Shown: one piece after another, positions 55,116 through 63,447 of the stretch | How the letters are laid out: each line of letters begins with the position of its first letter | Numbering within the stretch: the stretch's first letter is position 1 | Assembly: GCA_001804815.1 (NCBI GenBank) | Contig: MHBI01000011.1 | Coordinates: forward strand, 1,670 to 65,669 | Direction: 5' to 3' | Source of the DNA: Lentisphaerae bacterium GWF2_50_93 | GTDB taxonomy: Bacteria > Verrucomicrobiota > Lentisphaeria > Victivallales > GWF2-50-93 | DNA: 64,000 nucleotides | Made by a program: the position numbers and the translations under genes | Notes under the pieces: generated by a model | Databases searched by the model: none | Told to the model about the DNA's origin: nothing | What the model saw: only the letters and a program-made list of their open reading frames with translations

Positions 55116-55535
55116 ATGAAACGGAGATACTGCGAAGCAAGGTTTTTCACCCTGATGGAAATGGCCGTGGTTGTCGCGATAATCGCGCTTACCGCCGCAA
55201 TTGTCATGCCCGTCTATTTCAACCATGTGAAAAAGGCGAAGATAGGCACGGCAAAGACCCAGATATCCCTGCTCGAACAGGCGATAATGGATTTCAGGCT
55301 GGATACGGGGAATCTGCCGGGTTCACTGGAAGACCTCAATAAGAATCCCGGCAACGACAAATGGAACGGACCGTATCTGCAGAAGGCGGTTCCCAAGGAT
55401 CCCTGGAACAATCCCTATATTTATACCGTTCCCGGCACACACGGCGACTACGACCTTGTCAGCTATGGAAGCGATAACCAGCCGGGTGGTACGGGAGAAT
55501 CTGCGGATCTCGCAAACTGGGATGCCCAGCCATAG
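55116..55535 (+). CDS. gspG: Major pseudopilin GspG
   Basis: FTLMEMAVVVAIIALTAAIV, then TAKTQISLLEQAIMDFRLDTGNLP, DKWNGPYL, DPWNNPYIY and DLVSYGSDNQPGG. Confidence 0.9.
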   Translation: MKRRYCEARFFTLMEMAVVVAIIALTAAIVMPVYFNHVKKAKIGTAKTQISLLEQAIMDFRLDTGNLPGSLEDLNKNPGNDKWNGPYLQKAVPKDPWNNPYIYTVPGTHGDYDLVSYGSDNQPGGTGESADLANWDAQP

Positions 55536-55536
55536 G

Positions 55537-55626
55537 CGAACAATTCAACTTCGAACATTGAACATCCAACGTCGTGGAACAATCGAATATCGAACAGCCG
55601 AACAATCGAATTACGAATATCGAAGT
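55537..55626 (+). repeat. TCGAACA-type word tract
   Basis: GAACAATTCAACTTCGAACATTGAACATCCAACGTCGTGGAACAATCGAATATCGAACAGCCGAACAATCGAATTACGAATATCGAAG. Confidence 0.8.
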
Positions 55627-55673
55627 GCAGGAATGGAAGACGGGGGAAAGCCAGCCAGAGTTCGGATGAATCT

Positions 55674-55702
55674 GATGTAGAGTTCGCCGTCCCGGCGAAG
55701 AG
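55674..55702 (+). promoter_or_regulatory. Conserved hairpin module GATGTAGAGTTCGCCGTCCCGGCGAAGAG
   Basis: Third copy, followed by the GGAAGTGCGGAA and TTGGAGTTCAAACTTTAG modules. These also occur at 49570-49630, but in a different order. Confidence 0.6.
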
Positions 55703-55873
55703 AATTGCGGAGTTCTGGGATGGAACTAAGGAAGTGCGGAAATCTTGTTGGAGTTCAAACTTTAGTTTGTCTTAGTATTCAATTCAAGGCGGGTTTTTCC
55801 ATGAACTCAAATCCGAAACAATTAAGGCGGAAGATTCAAATATCTGAAATTTCAAAACTTAGAATTTCGAATT

Positions 55874-56377
55874 TTGCATATGCTTAATACATGGAAATCT
55901 AAAAAAAAGACCGTCCGTTCCGGATTCACGCTGATTGAACTCATAGCCGTACTGGCGATAGCTCTCCTCATCACAGGCGTCGTCGTGGTTAATGTTGGAA
56001 GGATGCCGGCTTTCATATCCCTTGACAATACAGCCCACAGGATACAATACCTGTTCTCAAAGGCTGCAATGATGGCGGCCGCGCAGGGCAAAGTCGTAAA
56101 TGTGTCATATTCAGGTAACTCTTTCACAATCGACCAGGCGGATAACTCCGAAGCCGGAATAGGCCTCTCGGCCGGCGGAACAGCGGTTTCAGAAAGAATT
56201 CCGGAATCAGTGGAACTGGTGTTCGACGACGAGGAGCCGAAATATATCTTCTTCCCCGACGGAACAGGTTCGGGTACAGCATTCAAAATGACTCTCAAAG
56301 GGCATTCCTGCAGGATACGGATATCGCCGCTTACAGGCGCCGCCGTGCTGGAATATCCCGGGGAGGGGGAGCAATGA
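55874..56377 (+). CDS. gspH: Minor pseudopilin, GspH-like
   Basis: Prepilin leader ...VRSG/FTLIELIAVLAIALLITGVVV (canonical Gly at -1, Glu at +5). 167 aa. Confidence 0.65.
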   Translation: MHMLNTWKSKKKTVRSGFTLIELIAVLAIALLITGVVVVNVGRMPAFISLDNTAHRIQYLFSKAAMMAAAQGKVVNVSYSGNSFTIDQADNSEAGIGLSAGGTAVSERIPESVELVFDDEEPKYIFFPDGTGSGTAFKMTLKGHSCRIRISPLTGAAVLEYPGEGEQ

Positions 56378-56450
56378 AATTAATTACTTTTAAATATGAT
56401 GCAAGTTCCAGGATGCAGGATCCAGGATTTCTAAAACAAGCATCGAGTGT

Positions 56451-56520
56451 CCGGCATCCGGCATCAAGCATCCGGCATCCGGCATCAAGCATCCGGCATC
56501 CGGCATCAAGCATCCGGCAT
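56451..56520 (+). repeat. Perfect 21-bp tandem repeat (CCGGCATCCGGCATCAAGCAT) x3.3
   Basis: It abuts the ATG of the gspI-like gene and is in frame with it (it would read HPASSIR x3). The unit is itself three 7-mers (CCGGCAT CCGGCAT CAAGCAT). Confidence 0.95.
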
Positions 56521-56901
56521 ATGAAATTCACCCTCATCGAAGTGGTAGTGGCGCTGGCGGTCCTCGGACTGGCGGTCATTTCGGCCATGGAAATGTGCTC
56601 GAGCGCCGTCAACAGGATGGAAAAGGCCAAGGCCAGATGGACGAACCAGCACAGGATTTCACAGGCCGCCGAGTTTTTCCTGCTTGCAGGTCCCAGCGGC
56701 CAGCTCCCACATGAGATATTCCCCTACCAGGACGCAAGAGCCTCGTGCAGTATCGACAATGCCATGGGGCTGCCCGACGACGTCGAAGCGGTTTCCGGAC
56801 AATGGTGTCTGGCGACCTACCACATCCAGCTTTACGATTCTTCAGGCAGGCAGACCAGTTTCCTGAAGGTGGACAAGATAATACAGGTGTCGGACCAATG
56901 A
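56521..56901 (+). CDS. gspI: Minor pseudopilin, GspI-like
   Basis: MKFTLIEVVVALAVLGLAVISAMEM. The upstream in-frame ORF extension to 56374 consists of the repeat tract and overlaps the gspH-like stop, so it is considered less likely. Confidence 0.6.
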   Translation: MKFTLIEVVVALAVLGLAVISAMEMCSSAVNRMEKAKARWTNQHRISQAAEFFLLAGPSGQLPHEIFPYQDARASCSIDNAMGLPDDVEAVSGQWCLATYHIQLYDSSGRQTSFLKVDKIIQVSDQ

Positions 56902-57539
56902 GGATCAGGAACTCATACACGCTGATTGAAATGGTGATTGCCGTCGGAATCTTCGGCATGGTGATGCTGCTCGCCTCGATGGGGCTTGTCGTTATCCAGA
57001 AGACCTGGAATTCCATTGCGAACCAGAACCAGAAGATGAGGAACTGCCAGCTTATAGATGCCGTGGTCGACTCGGCCTTCAGGAATGCCATCCCTTTCCT
57101 ATGGACCAATGCCAAAACCAAGAAGAACAGCGTTGTCTTCTCCGGCGAGCCCGGCAGGGTGGCTCTAGCCTACCAGCACCGGATAAACAATGTGGACGAG
57201 GGGGGCATCAGGTTCATCGCCCTCTTCCTTGAAAATGAAAAACTCGTCGCGGAATACAAGAAGACCCCGATCCTCCCCTGGGATGGAAAAGGTGGAGGCA
57301 GAGACTCGTTCAAGGACGTCCTGGCGGAAAATGTCAGGGCCATATCATTCACGTACGCCGATATGCAGAAACAGAATATCGTCTGGACGAACAGCTGGGA
57401 CAAGAACTACAACAGCATTCCCGTAGCAATACAGATAAAGGTCGAATGGATGAACGGCGACAGCGAGGTCTGGATGAGGCGGACCGCCGGCGCCGGACTC
57501 AGGGAGACATATGGAGCAAGAGTTGACAACTTCAAATAA
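56898..57539 (+). CDS. gspJ: Minor pseudopilin, GspJ-like
   Basis: ATGA overlap with gspI-like. MRIRNSYTLIEMVIAVGIFGMVMLLA. 213 aa. Confidence 0.6.
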   Translation: MRIRNSYTLIEMVIAVGIFGMVMLLASMGLVVIQKTWNSIANQNQKMRNCQLIDAVVDSAFRNAIPFLWTNAKTKKNSVVFSGEPGRVALAYQHRINNVDEGGIRFIALFLENEKLVAEYKKTPILPWDGKGGGRDSFKDVLAENVRAISFTYADMQKQNIVWTNSWDKNYNSIPVAIQIKVEWMNGDSEVWMRRTAGAGLRETYGARVDNFK

Positions 57540-58563
57540 AAAACCCGCAGGATGGCTTGGAACGCCCGTGATTTTGAAGAGCCTGCGCGATGAGAGGGGG
57601 GCGGCCCTGATTGCAGTGCTCTGCTTCGTCGTGCTTGTCGCGCTTCTGACAGCCTCCGCGGTGACACTCTCGCAGGTCGGCAGCTATACTTCCAGGACTT
57701 TCGCCGACCGTTCAATCTCAGCCTACATTTCAGAAGGCGCCGCCGCAAGGGTCCAGTGGCTTGTCATTGCCGACAAAAAGAAGTTCACCAGCAGGATCCT
57801 GGGAGAAACGGAGTATGCGGCCGAGGTCCAGGAACGCTTCATGGCGGATGGCGTCCAGCACAAGATAGACTATTATGGAATCGAGATTGACGTGATGATC
57901 AACGACATGGCGTCAGGCTATGATATTTCCGACGACAATCCTTCAAGACAGCTGGAGTCGTTCAAGAACATGTTCTACGACAATGATGAGATGCAGAAGG
58001 ATTTCAATGTTTTCATCGACTGCCTGAAGGATTACACGGATGCGGACGATTTCCCGCAGTTGAACGGAAAGGAGCGGACGGATTATGAAAGACTGGGCCT
58101 CTACCCGCTTCCCAGGAACGGAAAGATGCAGTTCAGGGAGGAGATCATGCTGATCCCCGATTTCGACAAGTTCTTCCAGCCTGACATGTTTGGAAGGCTT
58201 ACCTCGTTCAAGATCATATCTCCTCCGACCATGCCGAGGATAGGGCAGGGCAACTCGTTCTTCTCCGCATCGAAGGATGTAATAATGAGCAAATGTTCCT
58301 TTTCTTCGGTGCAGGCCGACAAGGTAATGGAGGCCAGGAACCAGTGGATAAACGAAAGGATCCCGCTCAACCAGACCCTCGATCTGGGCATCCTCGGCAC
58401 TCTCAAGGGAGCATTTTCATTCAATGAGTCAGGATTTTTCACGATCATAGTCAACGCATCCCCGGGGCAGGGCCGCGCGAAGCGCGTGCTCGCCGTCTCA
58501 ATGCAGATCCCCACGAACATCACCCTTCCCGGCATCCGCTACTACGAATGGATCCTGTATTGA
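57511..58563 (+). CDS. gspK: GspK-like pseudopilus cap protein
   Basis: RGAALIAVLCFVVLVALLTASAVTL N-terminal helix without Glu at +5. 350 aa. It is the last gene of the G-H-I-J-K series. Confidence 0.55.
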   Translation: MEQELTTSNKKPAGWLGTPVILKSLRDERGAALIAVLCFVVLVALLTASAVTLSQVGSYTSRTFADRSISAYISEGAAARVQWLVIADKKKFTSRILGETEYAAEVQERFMADGVQHKIDYYGIEIDVMINDMASGYDISDDNPSRQLESFKNMFYDNDEMQKDFNVFIDCLKDYTDADDFPQLNGKERTDYERLGLYPLPRNGKMQFREEIMLIPDFDKFFQPDMFGRLTSFKIISPPTMPRIGQGNSFFSASKDVIMSKCSFSSVQADKVMEARNQWINERIPLNQTLDLGILGTLKGAFSFNESGFFTIIVNASPGQGRAKRVLAVSMQIPTNITLPGIRYYEWILY

Positions 58564-58764
58564 CATCGACCAGCAAATGCGGAAATCCGAAACAAGCTCC
58601 AAATCCGGATTTCGAATTTGGTTGCGGCATAAGGGCTCTGGAAATTACTACTGTACCGTTTGCCGCCAGAGATTTTGGTGGTTTCCAAGGAACGGGAGAT
58701 GAGGATGAAGAGACACCGGAAACAGCCGCATGTACGCGATTTTCCTTCTTCTGGGGAATGCCCG

Positions 58765-59127
58765 CTACGCAAGGCGTAAAAATAGCGGCAGCAGCATGAA
58801 AGTTGAAAAGCAGAATTTAAAGGGGGCTACGGTACCTGTCAGCAAGTTTTGACAGCCGCTCTTAAATAAACCAAAAGGAGCACCAAGCGTAATTTCCAGC
58901 AAGCCTACCGGAAGCATGAAGATATCAACCATGCTCGTGAAGATAGGCGCTACTCCGTCGGATGCGTTGACAAGGCCTTTCAGGGTCCATATTCCCGCCG
59001 CTTCCGCGTATGGGAGGGCGTATGGCGCGAGAATGGCTATTGTAATCGGATCCATTGCCTTGGCTTTTGGCAGGCCGGCCACGCCGAACACGGCCAAAGT
59101 CAGAAGAACAAGGAAGATTTTTCTCAT
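58765..59127 (-). CDS. Small hypothetical membrane/secreted protein
   Basis: Signal peptide MRKIFLVLLTLAVFGVAGLPKAKA followed by hydrophobic segments. No recognisable family. Confidence 0.4.
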   Translation of the reverse strand: MRKIFLVLLTLAVFGVAGLPKAKAMDPITIAILAPYALPYAEAAGIWTLKGLVNASDGVAPIFTSMVDIFMLPVGLLEITLGAPFGLFKSGCQNLLTGTVAPFKFCFSTFMLLPLFLRLA

Positions 59128-59240
59128 TATAACCACCACGTTTGTCCAGCGCTATGAATACAAAATAATGACACCGGAGAACTTACCTTAATCCGTCGCC
59201 ACTTCAAATATTATTATAAATAAATCCACTGCCGTCCCAT

Positions 59241-59432
59241 GGATTATTGGATTGCTGGATTATTGGATTGTTGCAAATCAAAGAGTTATGCCATAATCAC
59301 AATATAGGAAAAATCCGAAATGCCTATTCTGAATTTTTTCTTAAAATCCAGCATCTTTGGTTTTTCTGGAACTCAAACCCAATAATCCAGGAATCCATAA
59401 ATCCATTAATCCGTCATCCTGTGGGATGACGG
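59241..59432. repeat. Inverted GGATTATT-word arms plus GTCATCC hairpin module
   Basis: GGATTATTGGATTGCTGGATTATTGGATTG (59241-59270) faces CCCAATAATCCAGGAATCCATAAATCCATTAATCC (59378-59412). CCGTCATCC-TGTG-GGATGACGG follows. Confidence 0.75.
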
Positions 59433-59496
59433 ACGGATGGATGTTTGCACTTGTGGTCGCAGCAGTTTAACGTGCTTATGATAGGGCGTTAAGAAT

Positions 59497-60372
59497 CTAC
59501 CGTGCCTTGCGTATCTTGCTTGGCGCTACGCCAAATCTGGAACGGAATGTCCTGGAGAAATGGGCTGCGCTTACGAATCCGCAGGTGTCGGCTATCTCCT
59601 TGATGCTGGCAGTGCTCATGTGCAGGAGCTGGCGCGCACGGGACAGGCGGACCTCCCGTATATATTCGCTCGGGGGAATTCCGACATTCTTCCTGAACTG
59701 GCGGACAAAATGGTATTGGCTGAAGCCGGAGGCCTTTGCCAGCTCCCCGACGGAAATCGGACGTTCGGCATGGGCTGCGCAGTGTTCGAAGGCCCTTTCG
59801 ATGAAGGGAGGATGCTGCCTCCTGTTGGAAGATATTGAAAGTTCCCTGGCAGTATTCATTATCAGGTCGTAGGCAAGCATCGAGGCTGTCCAGCGGCATG
59901 AAATCCTCTGATCCCTGGCATGCGCCAAAAGTTCATGTGCTGACGCCAAAGACAGGGAGCCCGCCGGCAGCTGGTTGACCGGCCCATGGAATTTTATAAG
60001 TCTGCGGCATAGGCTCAGAGCAGTATTCCCGTTCATGCAGACGAAAAGGAAATCCCATTCCCCCGACGACTTCGCAGGATAGTAACGGTACCTGTGCGGG
60101 GAGGTCAGCAGCATCAGCGAACCAGGAGCGATCGCAATACCACGCCTGTCCTCGAAATCCAGGACGCCCTCTCCGGCCAAGGTGTACTGCCAGACGACAA
60201 AGGGGAGGATTGCAGGATGCTGCCCGTCGCAGAGGTAGCCGGGATAATGTGCCGCCTGGCTGTGCCCGCAGGAAAGCAGCATGGCCGGCAATGGCATATC
60301 GTCCCCGCCTCCCGCCTTTCCGAAGGAGAACATTTCCGAGAAATATGATATGTCTTTATATTTGAATAGCAT
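59497..60372 (-). CDS. AraC family transcriptional regulator
   Basis: The C-terminal dual HTH is SVGELAKASGFSQYHFVRQFRKNVGIPPSEYIREVRLSRARQLL...IKEIADTCGFVSAAHFSRTFRSRFGVAPS. The N-terminal domain is cupin-like. Confidence 0.85.
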   Translation of the reverse strand: MLFKYKDISYFSEMFSFGKAGGGDDMPLPAMLLSCGHSQAAHYPGYLCDGQHPAILPFVVWQYTLAGEGVLDFEDRRGIAIAPGSLMLLTSPHRYRYYPAKSSGEWDFLFVCMNGNTALSLCRRLIKFHGPVNQLPAGSLSLASAHELLAHARDQRISCRWTASMLAYDLIMNTARELSISSNRRQHPPFIERAFEHCAAHAERPISVGELAKASGFSQYHFVRQFRKNVGIPPSEYIREVRLSRARQLLHMSTASIKEIADTCGFVSAAHFSRTFRSRFGVAPSKIRKAR

Positions 60373-60523
60373 GATTAGTCAAATCATAGCAAGATATGAT
60401 ATTCTGATTTTATTATTATCATATGGAAAATGGTCAATTATTTCTATATAATAAAGCATGAAAAATCATTTACAAGACAAAAGGACTGGCGGTTTGAAAC
60501 AGAAGAAGATAAATACTGGGGTC

Positions 60524-60557
60524 GGAAGCCAGGAGCCAGAAGCCAGGAGTCAGGAGG
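60524..60557 (+). repeat. Purine-rich GCCAGGA word tract in the 5' leader of the DUF1559 gene
   Basis: GGAAGCCAGGAGCCAGAAGCCAGGAGTCAGGAGG. Its last GGAGG could serve as the RBS. Confidence 0.8.
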
Positions 60558-60565
60558 CTGGATAT

Positions 60566-61366
60566 TTGCATCCAGCATCGCTGTTTACTTTAATAGAACT
60601 CCTGGTCGTAATCGCGATCATCGCGATTCTGGCGGCCATGCTGCTGCCGGCATTGAAGAGCGCGAAGGATGCCGCCAAGCGTCTCACCTGCCTGGCCAAC
60701 CTCAAGCAGATTGGTCTTGCGCAGATGACCTATGCCGAAGACAACTCAAGCACTCTTCCATACCCTGTCCCCGGCGACCGCGGGGCATGGGACAATGGAC
60801 GTGGAATGAGGCTGGAAAGGCTTGTTGCGGACTATGTCGGATTCAAATGGCCTTCCAACAATTCAAAGGTGATAGGCGGTATTTTCATCTGCCCCAGCTC
60901 GAACATGACCACCTACATGGATGGCGGCAACCTGAGATACAAGCACGGCAGCAATACAAACCAGCGCGAGCTGAATTCCTATACCGGTTCCAGGATCTAC
61001 CAGGAAAGCGAACCGGATATTTCTCCGGCGCTCAAGCTTTTCTATTATGGCAATCCATCCGCAAAGCCAATCCACTACTGCTCCCGGGGAAGATCCGGAA
61101 ATCCAGATGACTTCATATCGCCCGGTGATTTTTCATCCGGCTGGATCATCGACTGGTCGCCGGCTTCAAGCTGGCATAGGGCGCTTGGCCCGCGTCCGAC
61201 AGTCTTTCTCGACGGGCATGGCATGGTTCTCACGACCTTGAAATACCGCCAGCATCTGACATCGGAAAGCCTCGATACGGATCCGGCAGGCAACTCATTT
61301 TACTGGGGACATCCTGGTGCATCCGATCCATGGAAGCCGTTTGAGACGAGAATCAGCGAATACTGA
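60566..61366 (+). CDS. DUF1559 / H-X9-DG pseudopilin-like protein (prepilin-type N-terminal domain)
   Basis: A TTG start 7 nt after GGAGG gives a short leader [50 protein letters not shown]. The C-terminal H-x9-DG motif is [17 protein letters not shown]. The maximal ORF from 60458 would translate the word tract. Confidence 0.75.
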   Translation: MHPASLFTLIELLVVIAIIAILAAMLLPALKSAKDAAKRLTCLANLKQIGLAQMTYAEDNSSTLPYPVPGDRGAWDNGRGMRLERLVADYVGFKWPSNNSKVIGGIFICPSSNMTTYMDGGNLRYKHGSNTNQRELNSYTGSRIYQESEPDISPALKLFYYGNPSAKPIHYCSRGRSGNPDDFISPGDFSSGWIIDWSPASSWHRALGPRPTVFLDGHGMVLTTLKYRQHLTSESLDTDPAGNSFYWGHPGASDPWKPFETRISEY

Positions 61367-61435
61367 ACGCCGGTTCCGGTGGTTGTACTGCCGGCATAAC
61401 TTTTCAACCCAGGAACGAGTTTAATTTTTAAAGGA

Positions 61436-62857
61436 GTGCTTATGAGAGTGAATATTGCATTGGCGGCTTTCCTGTTGCTGTTTATTTCTGTTTTCGCCGA
61501 TGATCCGGGAAAGGGTGCCGCCGCGCCAGGAGGCAGAGCCGTCTATCGCATAATTGTCAATCTGCCGGATGCTTCAAGGGCGGAAAAGATACAGCTCTCG
61601 GTCGCCCCGCTGAAATACAACAAGGACTGGGCCATCGCTTTCACAGGGGACGACGGACATGTCGGATTCTATTCTTATCTGCAGCGGTATGCGAACAACA
61701 GGTTCACATCCATCCGCAAGACGGTGTTCCTGTATGGAAACGACAAGGGGTATTATTACCACGATGACACCGACGCCCAGTACAGGCAGGGCATCTATGC
61801 GGGCGAGTACAAGGGAGCTACCGACGGATGCGGAAATATAGTGCCGTTCAAGTTCGGTGTAGCCCCCATGAATGTCTGGGTGAAGAAGGAGGGAGGCGCC
61901 CTGAACCCGTATTTTTCCGAAGCGGAGCTGCAGACATTCTCCGACTTTGGAGGAGGAGTGTATTGCCATGAATCCGGAACCTCCAGGGATCCCTATATGT
62001 CCATCCGGGAGAATCTTGATTTCCTCAAGGGGAAATTAGGCGTCTCTCCGACAGTTGAAGTACGCCCCAATGGAGACAATCGCTATCTTGAAGCGATCTA
62101 TGCCCTGCCGGAAATCAAGTGCGGAGTTAGCGGCGGGGCATATAAGACATATCAGCAGGAGGCCCTCGACCTTAGGAAGAACGATCTGAAATTGGAAAAA
62201 ATAGTTTTCCCCCGGTCTTTCGGGATGGATAAGGCGCAGGCGGATACGGTGGCGATGAAGCGCAGCGGCGCGCTGGTGCATTTCGGAACGCATGAAGTCT
62301 TCGCGGATTCCGTCCCATCCTTCTGCCAGGGCTACCTCGAATGGCTGCACAAGACATATGGCGCAAAAGGCGATGACAGTGTCTGGCCGGCCACGATAGA
62401 CGAAATATGGCAGTACAATTACATGAGGCAGAACACAGCCATAAACAGATGGATTTCCAATGTGGAAGATGGGCCCGGGGCGAAAGCGGGTACGAAAGTT
62501 GTTTTCGATATTTCCATAGGAGACGATCCTGCTTTCAGGTTCAAGGAACTGTCGTTCCTGATTGCAGGTGCGACAGTGTCCGACGACATAAGGATTTATG
62601 GCAGGGCTGTGACAAAGTCGACCGCAAACAACGGTTCATCCGTGCTGCTTAATATTGGCTGGAATGACAATGACATTAGGCTGGCGGAAAAATATACCGC
62701 GATCGCCGAGGCCCACATGAAGGACACATACGCATCCGACTATGCCTCCGACGCCAGGTACTTCATAAACAGGCTTAATCCGGCGCTGAGGCAGTCTTTC
62801 CTCAACAGGCTGGGTAATCCTCCTGCTAAAAGCGAACCGAAGAATCCCGGGAAGTGA
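61436..62857 (+). CDS. Secreted protein, possibly polysaccharide deacetylase-like (CE4/NodB-like)
   Basis: Signal peptide. AFTGDDGHVG, CHESGTS, RPNGD and LVHFGTHE loosely resemble NodB motifs. The functional call is weak. Confidence 0.35.
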   Translation: MLMRVNIALAAFLLLFISVFADDPGKGAAAPGGRAVYRIIVNLPDASRAEKIQLSVAPLKYNKDWAIAFTGDDGHVGFYSYLQRYANNRFTSIRKTVFLYGNDKGYYYHDDTDAQYRQGIYAGEYKGATDGCGNIVPFKFGVAPMNVWVKKEGGALNPYFSEAELQTFSDFGGGVYCHESGTSRDPYMSIRENLDFLKGKLGVSPTVEVRPNGDNRYLEAIYALPEIKCGVSGGAYKTYQQEALDLRKNDLKLEKIVFPRSFGMDKAQADTVAMKRSGALVHFGTHEVFADSVPSFCQGYLEWLHKTYGAKGDDSVWPATIDEIWQYNYMRQNTAINRWISNVEDGPGAKAGTKVVFDISIGDDPAFRFKELSFLIAGATVSDDIRIYGRAVTKSTANNGSSVLLNIGWNDNDIRLAEKYTAIAEAHMKDTYASDYASDARYFINRLNPALRQSFLNRLGNPPAKSEPKNPGK

Positions 62858-63172
62858 AAGAAGGGATAGGTTTTAGGATGATGGCAACTGGATTCTGAAT
62901 TCCGATTCCTGGATACGGAAGACAAATCATTTGCCCTGTACGGGTGGTTGCTCAGGCTGCTGGTCGCCTGTCAGCAGGCTGAATATTGCTGCAAATAAGA
63001 ATCTCATAGCTGCTAAAGATAATATGGAGGGATTGGAAATCAAGATGCTCATAACTGGACGTTGCTCGAAAAGGTAAGTTCAAGATGAAATTTGTCTGAA
63101 AAGTAGCACAGGCATTCTTGTCTGTGGACTCGAATTTCATTTTCACAGGATATTAAATAGGAGTCTGCAGAT

Positions 63173-63274
63173 ATGAAAGTCATGGCAATCAACGGCAGTC
63201 CCAGAAAGAAATGGAACGCCGCAAACGCCGCAAGACCATTTGGAAAAGGATTAGATGCACTTCGGCCTGTTTGA
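63173..63274 (+). pseudogene. Remnant of a flavodoxin-like NAD(P)H-dependent FMN reductase gene
   Basis: AGGAG RBS. MKVMAINGSPRKKWNAANAA matches the family N-terminus, followed by a stop after 33 codons. Downstream fragments appear only in other frames. Confidence 0.4.
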
Positions 63275-63447
63275 CCAGGGCGGAAGCCTGGCTGCCTGTG
63301 CCATCGCCGTTGCTCTTTCACCGGCGGAAGCGAAGATCCGCCAGATGGCGGTCAGCCTTGAGCATCAAGGGATATGATGCCGGGGACAAGAAGGATGCCT
63401 TGCCTTGGAGGCATTGAAATTAAAAACGTACTGTATACTGTAACAGC

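Noticed and set aside
55671-55705. Hammerhead ribozyme core (CTGATG...hairpin...GAGAA) in the conserved hairpin module
   Set aside because: The sequence is CUGAUGU rather than CUGANGA. The other two copies lack the CUGA part (TTGGATGTAG, and ATGTAG in the minus copy). No GAAA/stem III arrangement is present.
46972-58563. Interpretation of the operon as a type IVa pilus system
   Set aside because: The front-end order resembles pilMNOPQ. However, the GspG-type major pseudopilin (DKWNGPYL, DPWNNPYIY), the H-I-J-K minor pseudopilin set with a GspK-like cap, and the absence of PilT/PilC-type extras favour a T2SS-like machine.
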